Notes: generated from the letters alone by a model not told the origin. Counted from the stretch's first letter, positions 11,860-26,209 are shown. The stretch: DNA of 64,000 nt from Octopus vulgaris (GCA_951406725.2 OX597830.1:16740001-16804000), one strand, 5' to 3'. A program made the numbers and translations.

Positions 11860-12665
11860 AAGGTCGCGAGCTGGCGGAACCTTTAGCACGCTGGGGAAAA
11901 TGCTTAGAGGCATTTCGTCCGAGTTCAAATTCCTTTCTTCATTTCGGGGTCGATAAAATAAGTACCAGTTGAGCACTGGGCTTGATGTAATCGACTTACC
12001 CCACAAAAAAAAAAAAAAAAATGATGGCTTTGTGCCAAATTTTGAAACTAACGTTACCCGCAATTAAGGTGGCGAGCCGGCAGAATCGTTAACATGTCGG
12101 CGAGAAGGCGGCGAGCTGGCAGAAACGTTAGCACGTCCGGCGAAATGCTTAGCGGTATTTCGTCTGCCGTTACGTTCTGAGTTCAAATTCCACCCAGGTC
12201 GACTTTGCCTTCCATCCTTTCGCACTGGGGTCGATGTAATCCCCTTGTCTGTCCTTGTTTGTCCCCTCTATGTTTAGCGCCTTGTGGGCAATAAAGAAAT
12301 AAGAATCGTTATCATGTCGGACAAAATGCTTAGCGGTATTTCGTCTGCCGTTACGTTCTGAGTTCAAATTCCGCCAAGGTCGACTTAGCCTTTCATCCTT
12401 TCGGGGTCTATTAAATAAGTACCAGTTACGCAATGGGGTCGATGCAATCGACTTAATCCGTTTGTCTGTCCTTGTTTGTCCCCTCTGTGTTTAGCCCCTT
12501 GTGGGTAGTAAAGAAATCGGTATTTCGTCGGTCTTTTCGTTCTAGGCTCAAATTCCGCTGAGGTCGATTTTGCCTTTCAAATAAGTACCAGTTGAACACT
12601 GGGATCGATCCAATCGATTTAGCTACTATCCCAAACCTGCTGGCCTCTGGCCGAAATTTGAAATC
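11860..12665 (+). mobile_element. Cluster of nested and tandem SINE family B copies
   Basis: Four or more partial repeats of cggtatttcgtctgccgttacgttctgagttcaaattcc...gtcgactttgcctttcatcc. Confidence 0.85.
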
Positions 12666-13219
12666 AATATTACCCGTAATGGTCAGTAGTTTCCTCGGTA
12701 TTTTTTGACTCTGGTATATTATGACAGGTATGAGCCATTGCTTGAAGAGAAATATTTATTATATTGTATTGCATTGTTTATTTATTTGCTGTTGTTATTA
12801 TTATTGTTGTTGTTGTTGTTGTTGTTGTTGCTTGTTATTTAATGTAATTGCTTCCATATTCGTGCGATGTAATTTAAAGTCTTAATTTGATTCGATCAAT
12901 TAGAACAGCTATAAACATATACTGGCCATTGCTGATAACCGGAGATTTCATTGTTAGTTTTGGAAATCGTTTGGAAGACAGAAGGTAGAAGTCTCCAAAC
13001 AACGACGTTCATTAATTCTGCCAAAGAGAATAATTGGTTGGTATCTTTAATAATCTAAGAGAAACGAACGACGGACGCGGATTGGTTGGTCTGACGAGGA
13101 TGGTGGTGGTGGTGTTGGCAGGGGCGGTGGTGCGATTTCTCTGATACTGGATTTGATTGTCGATCAACGGTAAAGTTTCTTGAAACCCATATCAGAAATC
13201 AAAACTGTGCTCTTTTAAT

Positions 13220-13388
13220 TTCTTCTTCTTTTTCTTCTTCTTCTTCTGCTTCTTCTTCTTCTTCTACTTCAGTCTTCTCCTCCTCCTCCTCCTCCTTCTT
13301 CTTCTTCTTCTTCTTCTTCTTCTTCTTCTTCTTCTTCTTCTTCTTCTTCTTCTTCTTCTTCTTCTTCTTCTTCTTCTTCTTCTTCTTC
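13220..13388. repeat. (CTT)n/(CCT)n microsatellite
   Basis: Direct observation. Explains the poly-K/E/R ORFs. Confidence 0.97.
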
Positions 13389-13423
13389 TGTGTGTGCGTA
13401 CATGTACAAACATGTTTGTGCAT

Positions 13424-13459
<36 letters not shown>

Positions 13460-13485
13460 GTATGCATATATGTATGGATGTTTGA

Positions 13486-13542
<57 letters not shown>

Positions 13543-13626
13543 AAATTTACAGAAAAACAAAAGACGAAGACAGGTGTATAAACAATAAACAGGTGTATTA
13601 GTTTGACGCTCGGGAAGGTGAAAAAG

Positions 13627-13664
13627 TCTTTTACATTTCGAGCCTACGCTCTTCAACAGAAAGG
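13627..13664 (-). ncRNA. Minimal hammerhead variant in a PLE terminal-repeat fragment
   Basis: CCUUU CUGUUGA A GAGC guag GCUC GAA AUGU A AAAGA. One stem III change. The fragment abuts (TA)n at about 13536. Confidence 0.6.
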
Positions 13665-14359
13665 AACACGAAGAAATAAAGAGAGAGAGAATAAAAAAAA
13701 ACTTTTGGAGTTAGCGGTCAATCATGGTATGTATGTGTGTGCATATACGCACACATACACACACATACACAGCCACACGAACGCACCCATCTATTCACAC
13801 CTATCTAAAGAAAAATAGGCTGGTATTTGTTAAGAGATGCATGCATACAGAATTTTTTAAAATTTGAAATATATTGAAATAGTATTGGTATAGCCTCCGG
13901 CACTTTAAAATTTTGATTTCAAATCCTACAGAGGTCAACATTGCCCTTGATTCTTTCGGGGCCAACAAAAAAGGGCCAATGAAGTGCATAGGTTGATGCT
14001 ATTGACTAAAGCCCCCACCCAAAAAAAAAGCCTGTCTTGTGCTTAAACCAGCACTCATTATTCTCTCTCAATAAAAGCTAAAAGAATAAACGAATAATCA
14101 TCAATGAAGGAGTGTATGAAATATTTCATTGAAAACCTGAAATTTAGGGGCTGTCTTTCGTTTTAGGTACATATACGAGTATCAGTAGGACTAATAATGA
14201 ATTCAAAATAATCTGGGAAAGTACAAAATAGACTTAGGAATTCCGTGCAAGTGAAACTTGTTAAATGCTATTGAAGTGAAATATTCAATATATATTGACT
14301 CTATATTCTTTGGTTAAATATATTCAAATTTATCTATTTATTCTTAGGAATAAATTCTT

Positions 14360-14496
14360 AGGCGTAGGAGTGGCTGTGTGGTAAGAAGCTTGCTTACCAG
14401 CCACATGGTTCTGGGTTCATTCCCACTGCGTGGCACCTTGGACAAGTGTCTTCTACTATAACCTCGGGCCGACCAATGCGTTGTGAGTGGATTTGG

Positions 14497-14528
<32 letters not shown>

Positions 14529-14693
14529 CGCGTATGTGTATATGTTTCCATCTACCAAATCTACCACTGACAAGGCTTTGGTCGGCCCGAGGTTATAGTA
14601 GAAGACATTTGCCCAAGGTGCCACGCAGTGGGAATGAACCCAGAACCATGTGGTTGGTAAGCAAGCTACTTACCACACAGCCAGTCCTACGTC
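14360..14693. mobile_element. Inverted pair of SINE family A 5' halves
   Basis: 14360-14497 is the near reverse complement of 14550-14693, around a (TA)/(TG) spacer. Confidence 0.85.
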
Positions 14694-14778
14694 TAAATGT
14701 TTAAGACATTAACATCCTACGCACATACATGCGTATACACACTTACGCACAAATATATTTGTGTATGTGTTTGTGTGG

Positions 14779-14827
<49 letters not shown>

Positions 14828-15459
14828 AGTGTGTGTGTGTATTTATGAATGTACGTATATACACGTATATACACGTTTACATATACATCACACACACGCA
14901 TTTACATATATACACAAATACATCTATACAACAATCCTTCCAACCGAAATACAAATACATCCTTTGATGCCTGTTTGTGTGCGTATGAGCGCGTATGTGT
15001 ATTATACAGAACATACATTGTTTAATATGCGTATTCATGTATGTGTATGTGTACTCACACACACACACCCCTCTTTCTTCCGCCAAGGAGAAAACAAACA
15101 ATGTACGTATGTGCTTCATTTCGTATGTTTTTGTGTGTACGTTAACTATTGTGTGTTTGGGTGTTTAGCATGAGTCTAAGTCTTGCACATGCGTACGTGT
15201 GCGTGTAAAAGTAAATACAGTAGCCCGTTCTTTTCGGTTTTCTTTTTCGTTCAGACAATTTGGTGACAAATTTTGTAATGTAATTTATTTCTTCAGGTTT
15301 CATGACTGTTTGAGAAATCCTTATATTGTCTTTATTGTTCTAATGAAAACAAAACTGTTTTGATATTTGTATGAAATTTATTCAGGCACAAGGTACAGTG
15401 CATGGAATGAAACATTTTGCATTCCAAATGTGTAGAAAAACGGAGTACGAAGCTTAGTA

Positions 15460-15823
15460 TCTCTCTATATATAAACGGCAAAATGTCTGTGTGCGTGTCC
15501 TTTATACAAATCCACAAGTATTCAGTTAGAGGGCTCGCACTTTCTATGGTCATTCAAAACTGTCCAAGGGTGGCCGTGCACATCTTTACATTTCCCCAGT
15601 CACCCCGCAAAGCCATTAAAAAAATCAATAGAAGTGACTTTTTTGTGAATTTTCTATCAAAACCCAATCAAAATGCCCGAAACTTGATACGCCAATTGAA
15701 TGCCAGCTAGCTGTATGTGATTGGTTGGAGATTTGGACAGTACTCGCATGTATGTGCGCACGCTCGCAGCTGTATATGCGTACACTAGCACTATGACCCG
15801 GCATTGCTGGGTCATAGTGCTAG
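15460..15823 (+). mobile_element. Non-autonomous Helitron
   Basis: A|TC start (tctctctatatataaacggc), GC-rich 3' hairpin and CTAG|T end. Confidence 0.8.
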
Positions 15824-15869
15824 TTATATATAAATACACACACAAATTCATACGCATTAATAATACATG

Positions 15870-15930
<61 letters not shown>

Positions 15931-16987
15931 TCAGTTGAAAATCTGCTTGAAACCAATAGAGAAAACTTGCAGTCGCTAATGTTTCTATTCGTACTAGCAG
16001 CTGATGATCCAAAGCGAGAATAAAATTCGGATATATCCGGTTAGGTCCGATTATATCCGTTAATTTTCGTCTGACTTATGTGCCTTTTTTTTTTTTTTAT
16101 GAGTGACCAAAGTCAGTTTTCTTTTAAGTAATAATAATACCGTTGTAACATCGATTAATAATAATATTGCGATAATGATACTAGAATCATACAGCATAAC
16201 TAACTAAATCTGTGAAGTGGTTTATTTCATTAGGCTTCATGTCTGTGTGAGAAATCATTATATCGTCTTTGTTGTTACTGTTGTTTAACCCAAGGCCAAT
16301 CCTGATTGAGTAAAACTACAATCAAATACATTTCAGTGGTGGGTATCCCATTTCTTTTTGGGATACCCAAGGTAGAGACCCTTTAGGTCATGAATGACCA
16401 CGGGATTGCACCTAGAAAGTTATCTTCCGAGACACAAGTCCTGACAAGGTTGTTTATGGAAGACCAGTAGTTGCCCATACAGTAGTTGCCCATGCATACT
16501 AGCCTCTCCTTTCCACGCCACTGATGTTATCCAAGAGAAAGACAAAGGAGCCGATACAGCTTGGCACCAGTGACAGTGCAACTCATTTCTACAGCTGAGT
16601 GAACTGGAGCAATGTGAAATAAAATGTCTTGCTCAAGAACGCAACACGCAGCCCGGTGCGGGAATCAAACTCACTACCTCATGAGTGTGAGCCCGACGCT
16701 CTAACCATTGAACCATGCACCTTTGCCGGAGTATCTTTACCATTTCTTTTTTCTTCGTTTTTTTTTTCTCTCTTTAAAGTTCTGGCTTCAGACATGTTGT
16801 ACAATGTATCCTTCCATTCGGAATTCACTAAGGTATGAACTATTTCCATTATATTAACTTAGCTAATGGCGATTACAAGAATACTGGAGTTTTAATGCAA
16901 ATCAAATCCCAAACCGAAACCTGCGAACTTCTTTAAGAGCATAGTCGATGTTTAGTTATTTTAATTGCGAATGTGACTCACTCGCAT

Positions 16988-17194
16988 AAAGGTTCCTGGC
17001 TTTAAGGGTGTCGCGAAAGGCATGGTTGGAGGCCCAACTTTCCGAGTTCTTTTACATGGTTTAGAAGAACCGAAGAACCGCTGCAATAGGTGTATGAATC
17101 TGAGAGGAGAGTATGTTGAAAAAAGTCATAATTAACTGACCCTCCTGTATTTTCTTTTGCCCCAAAACCAGGAACTTTTCAGCACCCCTTCGTA
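16988..17194 (+). mobile_element. Mariner-derived miniature element
   Basis: Residual TIRs (aaggttcctggcttt / aaaaccaggaactttt...cgta) and a C-terminal remnant FFLHGLEEPKNRCNRCMNLRGEYVEK. Confidence 0.65.
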
Positions 17195-17374
17195 TATCGC
17201 CTCTATGAATATATTGTCTGAATGATAAACCGATTCTGGCGAAATCCTGAATAAGGTGCTCTAGCGTAGCCATAGCCATAAAGGTGAAAAGCCTACTAAA
17301 GAACTAATAAGAAAGGGCTCAAGGATCACAAATTTTTCATATCGTTCCCTGTACTTGGTTAGTAATTATTGTAA

Positions 17375-17634
17375 TAAATAATAAATGCGCCCTTTTTAAA
17401 GCCTAGCCGGGCCTATAGGCCCGGTTTCCCGGTTTCTATGGCGTGTGTGTTCCCCAGTTGGACGGGACGCCAGTCCATCACAGCGTTACTCATTTTTGCC
17501 AGCTGAGTGGACTGGAGCAACGTGAAATGAAGTGTTTTGCTCAAGAACACAACGCGTCGCCCGGTCCAGGAATCGAAACCACAATCTTGCGATCATGATG
17601 CTGACACCCTAACCACTAAGCCACGCGCCTCCAC
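17375..17634 (-). mobile_element. SINE family C, full length
   Basis: Near-identical to 18020-18275 (+) and 23665-23927 (-). tRNA-like head and (TTA)n tail. Confidence 0.9.
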
Positions 17635-17999
17635 AGTAATTATTGTACCAACATCGAAATAAGGAAAAAAAAGCAATGTCGACACGAGCAGCATTTGAAC
17701 TTGGAATTTAAAAAGGATGTAAATTTGAGGAAGTGCGCTCAACCGGAAAGTCATTAGTTTTCGCTCGTTATCATTCCGTGCACTGCATTTGTCCCTTAAA
17801 TTATTTAAGTTTCTTCATGAATGCTGTACTTCAGTCTGGTGAACACTAATATTTGGGCTATTTGAGATTCTGGCAGTGTTCCATTTTTTTGTTCTAAACC
17901 TTGATATATTTAACTTTCTGTGATGCTTCCTTGTTTCTTAGACAGAATGCCGGAACTTGTTTTCACAGAACTAACAATTAAATGATTGTCTTTATAATG

Positions 18000-18275
18000 A
18001 GTGGAGGCACGTGGCTTAGAGTGGAAGCGCGTGACTTAGTGGTAAGGATGTCAGCATCATGATCGTAACATTGTGGTTTCGATTCCTGGACCGGGCGACG
18101 CGTTGTATTCTTGAGCAAAACACTTCATTTCACGTTGCTCCAGTCCACTCAGCTGGCAAAAATGAGTAACGCTGCGATGGACTGGCGTCCCGTCCAGCTG
18201 GGGAACACATAACCATTGAAACCGGGAAACCGGGCCCATGAGCCTGGCTAGGCTTTAAGAAGGGCGCATTTATTT
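18000..18275 (+). mobile_element. SINE family C, full length, duplicated head
   Basis: gtggaggcacgtggcttag repeated, then the body. Inverted relative to 17375-17634. Confidence 0.9.
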
Positions 18276-19243
18276 TATTTTTATCTTTATAATGATGCAT
18301 TACATTGTTTAAAGCGTCAGTGACATGTTTTGCATTAAACATCGGCGTAGATAAATATTTTGGATTTGTGTAGTTGTTGAACAATACAATCAAACCTAAA
18401 CAAGGAACTAGAAATTGGACAATTAATATTGGCTTCAAATTTTGGCACAAGCCAACATTTTCAGGAGGGGGATTAAGTCGATTACATCGACTCTAGTGCT
18501 CAGTTGGTACTTATTTTGTCAACCCCGAAAGGACGAAAGGCAAAGTCGACTCCGGCGGAATGTGAACTCAGAACGTAAAGACGAAAGAACTTCCGTAAAT
18601 ATTTGGCCCGATGAAGAATTGATATTGATTAGTGATATAGATGATTTGGGGAGGGTTATACTGTAAAAAAAAAAAATGCATGTACTGATTGTTAACTGAT
18701 CAATTAGTTAAATATTAATGAGATTATCATAAATTTTTCGTGCTGTTGCCCTTTCAATGATTTCAACCGTATTTTACATTTGATGAATTGATGGAAGAAT
18801 GTAGCACGGATGTTGCGTGTGGATGGAACCTCATGAATGCGACACAGGATGTAACTCAGGTATCAGTGGCGAGGCGGGGCTCGTGGGGTCAGAATTAACC
18901 CCCCCCCCACTCCATCCGTAATGTTTTTCGGTCTGTCCTACCATTCGATTTTATTATATTTTCTTATTTTTGTAACATTTTTAATGTCATGTTTTTGTAT
19001 AATCATTCGCTCATCTGACCCCAAAATCAGATTGTATTGTCCCGTCTATGTTGGCCCCTTGTGGGTCATAAAAATATCAGTTTTATATTTGGTGAATCTT
19101 TTATAGCTTCAACCAATTTGGTTCCGGTTGATCAAATTAAATTATATATACTCTACTTGCCGTATTGAGTACTTCTTCCGTTCGTTAGCATTAACATAAG
19201 TATGTATGATTGTATAAATGCATGTACGTGTATATTTATGTGC

Positions 19244-19276
<33 letters not shown>

Positions 19277-20004
19277 TGTATTATGTATGTATGTATGCAT
19301 TTATGTATGTATGTATGTATGTATATGCGCGTGTTTGTGTGCGTTGAAGTTTGAAATTTTTTTTTACTAGTGCTTTATAATATCCGGTTTCAGATATTTT
19401 CGCTAGGCCAGCAGTTTTGTGCGTGGATCCAAGTCGATTACATCGACCACGAAAGGATGAAAGACAAAGTCAGCCTCGGCGGAATTTGAACTCAGAACGT
19501 GGAGACGGACGAAATGCCGCTAAGCATATTTCCTGACGTGCTAACAACTCTTCCAACTCGCCGCCTTAATGCTTTTTAGTATTTATTTCATCTCTAATTA
19601 GCATTAATATTTTATTTTATTTTATTTTATTTTATTTTTAGTTTGGTACAATAGCATTCCAAGGTCTATTAACATTTCAAGTCTTGGTTTCATTTTTTGA
19701 ATGACGAGTTTTGTAGAAGTGTGGTCGATTAGGCGAAGAATAAAATAATCTAGACGTTCCTCCGTTAATGTGATACTCCCCCGAGGATCAACGGGCGCGC
19801 ACGAAGAAAACAAAAAAAAAATCACCCATTCATAATTCAGCTCAAAACAAATTAAATTCTGATTGCCGCCAGTGGAACAAAAGCAGGCTCGCGTCGTTCT
19901 AGTGGCAATTTTTCGCAGACATTGAACGCGCCCATCTTTCACGCTTGTACCTCTTGGTTTATGCTCACAGATAACTTTACACGACAACCAGCGAATGAAA
20001 GAAT

Positions 20005-20388
20005 TAGCTTGCTAACCAACCACATGGTTCCGGGTTCAGTCCCACAGCGTGGCATCTTGGGCAAGTGTCTTCTGCTATAGCCCCGGGCCGACCAATGCCA
20101 TGTGAGTGGATTTGGTAGACGGAAACTGAAAGAAGCCTGTCGTATATATGTGTATATATATATGCGTGTATATGTGTTTGTGTGTCTGTGTTTGTCCCTC
20201 TAGCATTGCTTGACAACCGATGCTGGTGTGTTTACGTCCCCGTCACTTAGCGGTTCGGCAAAAGAGACCGATAGAATAAGTACTGGGCTTACAAAGAATA
20301 AGTCCTGGGGTCGATTAGCTCGATTAAAGGCGGTGCTCCAGCATGGCCGCACTCAAATGACTGAAACAAGTAAAAGAGTAAAAGAGTA
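20005..20388 (+). mobile_element. SINE family A, nearly full length
   Basis: ggttccgggttcagtccc B-box region, CORE-like ggcatcttgggcaagtgtctt, internal (TA)/(TG), (gtaaaaga)n tail. Confidence 0.9.
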
Positions 20389-20539
20389 ATCAAATTTTTT
20401 TAAATATATAAAAGAAGCAACCATTTCTATATATAATTATCTACAAGCGAAAAATTCAGGTTAACTCCCCTCCACTACCACCACCTATCATTTTGTAGTT
20501 GTTCGTCCACTGCGGGGGATGCCTCTCCCTTTGCGACTT

Positions 20540-20741
20540 TCGAGATGCCACGAAACATTATGCAAAATTCGATGGCGTAGCTCTACAGCATTCCAGAAAG
20601 TGATTTCCAGAAATGTTTCCAGCAGTGGCAGGAACGCTGGCAAAGGCGAATACTTTGAAAGAGACTAAATCAAAATGGTGAATTTTTAAATATTATTTGT
20701 TCTTTGGCCAAGGGTCGGACACTTTTTGACTACATCTCGTA
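20540..20741 (+). mobile_element. Mariner transposon 3' fragment
   Basis: Translates IPESDFQKCFQQWQERWQ..GEYFERD*, followed by a TIR-like ggtcggacactttttgactacatctcg and TA. Confidence 0.75.
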
Positions 20742-20815
20742 AATGTGACCGCGTGTGTACCGTTGGCGATTTTTTTTCCTCTGTCTTCCCTTCTCTGGAT
20801 CTTTGCTTCTCCTAT

Positions 20816-20850
20816 GTTTCCGACGAAGAGCTCCGCCCGAAACGTTAAAC
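20816..20850 (+). ncRNA. Minimal type I hammerhead variant
   Basis: GUUU CCGACGA A GAGC ucc GCCC GAA ACGU U AAAC. U4 replaced by C, one stem II mismatch. The fragment runs into (TA)n at about 20950. Confidence 0.6.
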
Positions 20851-20964
20851 CCTCCTTCTTTCCTTCTTTCCTGAGCGTCCAATAATACTATATTTGTTCC
20901 ACGTCCTCGCATTGTTGTGTTTTTTTTTGTGCTTTCTTGTTTGGATTAACTATATATATATATG

Positions 20965-21041
<77 letters not shown>

Positions 21042-21067
21042 ACATACATATATGTATATATATATAT

Positions 21068-21157
<90 letters not shown>

Positions 21158-21655
21158 TGGTAATACATATACTAACAATACACACACGCACACATACACT
21201 ACTTATTGCAAGATGAACATTTTTGTTAGCCGATACTCTGAGTTTAACGTTTTTCGAATTCCACATTCTCAGTAAAGCAGTTACGATTTCCGAAAACCAA
21301 ACTTTCTACCATTACCAATACCGACGACAGCAACATTGGCAACAACAGCCAATATCTTTAACCCATTATTCTTAAGCTGAGTGTCCATGAGTAGAACTAT
21401 ATAAGGCAAGATTTTTCAGATATTTTGAACATAAGATATCTTTAAACTTCTCACCTAAAGATCCACTCCTGTAAAGACGAAATATAATTTAATAATTGGA
21501 TAAAACTCTACGATATCTATTGGGCACTTTTTTCTCCTTCCTTGTACAATAATTTGCTCCGTGAGTGTGTTTGTGTGTGTGTATCTGTATGCATGTGTAT
21601 GAATATATGCGTGTGTGCGTATGTGTGTTTATGTATGTACGTATATATATGTATG

Positions 21656-21723
<68 letters not shown>

Positions 21724-21735
21724 TATATATAGATA

Positions 21736-21775
<40 letters not shown>

Positions 21776-22984
21776 GCGCACATATATATATATATATATA
21801 TGTATGTATAAATGTATAAATACGTATACAAACACACATACATATATCTGTGTATTATGTTAATATATAGAAATATATTCATTCGTATGTATTTATATGG
21901 ATGAGTGTGTATATGATATATATATGTATGCATATGTATATATATATAATATATTTATATAAATATGTATGTATGTATGCATGTATATGCATGATTACAT
22001 ACATACATTCATACATACATACATACATACATACATACATACATACATACATACATACATACCTATATACATACCTATATACATACATACATTCATACAT
22101 ACATACATACATACACACACACACACTCACATATATATCCGCATAAATATATCTATATGTATATATATTTGGATACATAGTTACAGTTATATACGTGTAC
22201 GTGTACATACACATATATGAAGGGGAGATAGGGGGTGGGGGGAAAGAGTGAGAGTGCGTTGTGCGTGTGTGTGTGTGAGTGTGCATAGCTATATCCACCA
22301 CATACATTTTCAGAATTTACCTTACCAAACTGCGTAACGAAATGCCAAACACATTTTCTAACAACACAATTAATATTTCCGATAAACCAAACCAACTGCA
22401 ACGCCACCGTCGCCACCACCGTCACCACCACCACCACCACCACAAGTCCTCCATAAGTAGGACTATGTAAGGTAAGATTTTCAGTTATTTTCAACATAAG
22501 ATATCTTGAAGCCGTTCTTCCTAAAACTCCACACCCGTTAAGATGAAATATATTTTAATGAGTGTAGACATACACCGAAGAAAGAAAATATGAAATTGGA
22601 GGATGCAAGTGATGTTGCTGTCAAAATCTTTTTTGTAGTTGGGTTTTTTGCTTCAAATCGAATGATTTATCTTGATATCTGCAACTTATACGTGATACGT
22701 CCTAACACAGGTGCCTCTACGTGGTCGCTCGAGCTGCTAGACATAGCACCAAATCTATCTCAAAATCGCAAACTGTCGTGTTTCTATTTTTGGGGGGTTT
22801 TTTTGTCATTTCTTTTGAGGATATATTACATAGTCCGAGGTACAATATGTCTGAAATAAGACGTGATGGTCATTGCTGAGATGCTTTCGATCATACATCT
22901 GTTCAATCAGAGTAAACTTATGGTTAACCAACAATAACATATCAGAAACTAAGTGGTTTTTTCTTTTATTAAAATATATAATTA

Positions 22985-23250
22985 ATGTTCTGTTGTGTCT
23001 GGGGAGAGTCATTTTCTTTTTGTACCTTATAATATAACACACTCACCGGTAAAGTTTCCACTTATTTCTTATTTCTATTTTCCTAAAATTTTTGTTGAGT
23101 CTTACAACCTTTTCAATAGTCCTTTCAAACCTTTTCAAATAAGAAATAAGAAACCTTTTCAAATAAGAAATAAGTGGAAATTTTACCGGTGAGTGTGTTA
23201 AATCATAAGACACAAAAAGAAAATGACTCTCCCCAGAGACAACAGAATAT
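22985..23250. repeat. Inverted repeat, ~90-bp arms
   Basis: tgttgtgtctggggagagtcattttc...cacttatttcttattt is mirrored at 23161-23250. Confidence 0.9.
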
Positions 23251-24200
23251 GCTTCAACACACGAACTCACATAAAGAATCTTGCAAACCAAATCCAAAAC
23301 CAAATCAAATATCTGTCGGTTGAATCTACTCTCTGACCTACATACTTACACGTGTACATGTACTCTCTCACGTGAAAAGTAAGATTCTCTATTGGTACTT
23401 TTAAATGAAAAAATAGAGAAAAAATTTGGGGATGGTGCTGCCCTTCTTTGAGTGAAGTGTAAAAGAATTTATTCCAATTCCATCTTCTCAGAAACTCCGG
23501 TCCATGTAATTCATTTGTATCCTGTTTTTTTCTTTCTTTCTGCAGAGTTGTATATTTAGTACTGTCTAAGCAGGAACATTAAATCTATTAATCTCTGTAA
23601 TATTCAAGGCCCTGCTATATTTGGGGCATAACTCCTTTATTCAGCCAAGTTTTTATCTATATAATAATAAAAATAAATGCGCCCTTTAAAAGCCTAGCCA
23701 AGCTCATGGGCCCGGTTTCCCGGTTTCTGTGGCGTATATGTTCACCCCAGCTGGACGGGATGCCAGTCAATCGCAGCGTTACTCATTTTTGCAAGCTGAG
23801 TGGACCGGAGCAACGTGAAATGAAGTGTTTTGCTCAAGAACACAACGCGTCACCAGGTCCAGGAATCGAAACTACAATCTCACGATCATGATGCTGACAC
23901 CCTAACCACTAAGCCACGCACCTCCACTTTTATCTATATCTTTAACTTCTTTCAGTCATCAGACTGCGGACATGATAGGGCACTACTTTGACGGGTTTAG
24001 TAAAAAAAATTTTTTTTAAATGACCCCCACCCCGCCAGTAACTTACTTTTCAATCTGACGCTTGTTGCATCGATTACTTTTGTCGAACTGCTACGCTGCG
24101 GCGACATAAACAAACCAACACCGGTTGTCAACAAGTGGCGGTGGACAATCACTAACACAATGACACGCTCACACATATACATGCTTGCATACATACTTAA

Positions 24201-24284
<84 letters not shown>

Positions 24285-24878
24285 ATATGTGCATAAACAC
24301 ATATGCATGTATGTGTGTATTAGCAAACGAAACATGTGTAATGGTGAAGAAATAGTACTCAAAAATTTCCCAGTCTCTAGTTTAGATATTATTTTGAATT
24401 TCGATGTTTAAATGTTTGAAAAAGAAAGAGAAAGAAAAGAGGGAAAAAACGTGTTGGAAAGGAAGAAAAAAGAGAACTTGGAAATCTAAGAGACTGTTGG
24501 TTTTGAACTTTGTGCCAAATGTAAACAAAACGATGTGTCTTGAAAAAAACAAGAAAATCGAACAGTATTGTGTCAAATGTTAAATGATTGTTTTTCCAAC
24601 TCTGTATTATGTTTAAATGCAATTGATTGTTCTTCGAACTCTGCATGTGATTTGTCAACCTTTGTTTTGGAACGCTTTGATTTTGTTTTTGAAAAACAAA
24701 TTGTTAAATTACGCAACTTCCGCTGTGTCTCTTTCTTTTGCTGTCGTTGTGTTGGTTCCTGGCTGCGTTCGCCGCCTTCTCCCGCTTTAGGTGGTGGATT
24801 TCCAGTTTGCTGAGCGTCGTCGTCACGACTTAGGGCCAGTGGTGGACTCGTAAGGCCGTGGGCCCTGCGTGGCGGCGT

Positions 24879-24963
<85 letters not shown>

Positions 24964-25706
24964 GGTATATATATATATATATATATACATATATACAACG
25001 GGATTCTTTCAGTTTCCGTCTACCAAATCCGCCCACAAGGCTTTGGTCGGCCCAAGGCTATAGTAGAAGACACTTGCCCAAGGTGCCACGCAGTGGGACT
25101 GAACTCGAAACCATGTGGTTGGTAAGCAAGCTACGCAGAAAGTGAAGGCATATGGCTTAGTTGTTAGGGTATTCGACTCACTATCGTAAGGTCGTGAGTT
25201 CAATTCCCGGCAACGCGTTATGTCCTTGAGCAACACCTTGCTCAAGTCCACTGAGCTGGCAAAAATAAGTAGTACCTGTGTTTCAAAAGGTCAGCCTCAT
25301 CACATTATGTGTCACACTGAATCTCCCTGAGAGCTACGCTAAAGGTACGCGTGTCTGTGGAGTGCGCAGCCACTTGCACGTTAATTTCACGAGCAGGCTG
25401 TTCCGTTGATCGGATAAACTTGAGCCCTCGTCGTCGTAACCGACGGAGTGCCACTCTGCAGAAAATATTTTCCAGTAATTTCAACTCTTATGCATACCTC
25501 ACACAAATATAACATCTGCATACGGATTTGAAATACTGAAATAAGCAGATGTACTTCAAGAGGACACAGCTCGCTTTTAGCCCTACAGTGTGTGTGTGTG
25601 TGTGTGTAGTCACGAGCATACACCCTCTCGACCCCATTAATTTTTACCCAGCGAGTCCAGGATAGGACAGCTAGAGGGGAAAGATTTTCCTAGCACTGGG
25701 ATGGTA

Positions 25707-25742
<36 letters not shown>

Positions 25743-26209
25743 GTTAAGGGATTCGGAAAGGAATGAAAGCAAAGTACAGATCACACGGGATTTAGAGCTC
25801 AAAATGCTAGGAAAAATATACCGCAACGCCTTGTATCCGACGTTCCAGTGGCTACCGACTGACACATTTAAGTAACATTAATTTCTTCTGTTCAGTGAAT
25901 CTTTTAACAGTCGTTTTTCTTCGTAAAATCGTCTCCATAACTAAATCTCACGTCTTCTCGTTCAGAAACAACCATAGCTCGCGCGGCATTTCTTGTTTCT
26001 GCTTTTCGTTTTTTTTTTTTTTTGTTGCTTTTTATTGTTTTTTTTGTTTTTTTGCTGTTTCTTGTCATAGAAAGAAGGGTTTGTTCTGGAATGTAAAGAA
26101 GAACGAAAAAAAAAGTTTCTGTTGTTTGGCTTTAAATAAACAACAATGTCAAGGCTTGGGTGTCACTAGAAAGCTTGGGGATGATACATACACACACACA
26201 CACAAACAA

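Noticed and set aside
21385-22560. ~120-bp diverged direct repeat (21385-21495 and 22450-22560) as LTRs
   Set aside because: The interior is only microsatellite, with no TG..CA ends or TSD. Probably an old local duplication.
24400-24882. GC-rich segment starting TGTTAC on the minus strand, as an LTR or LINE ORF1
   Set aside because: No second LTR, primer-binding site or recognisable protein motif. Left unclassified.
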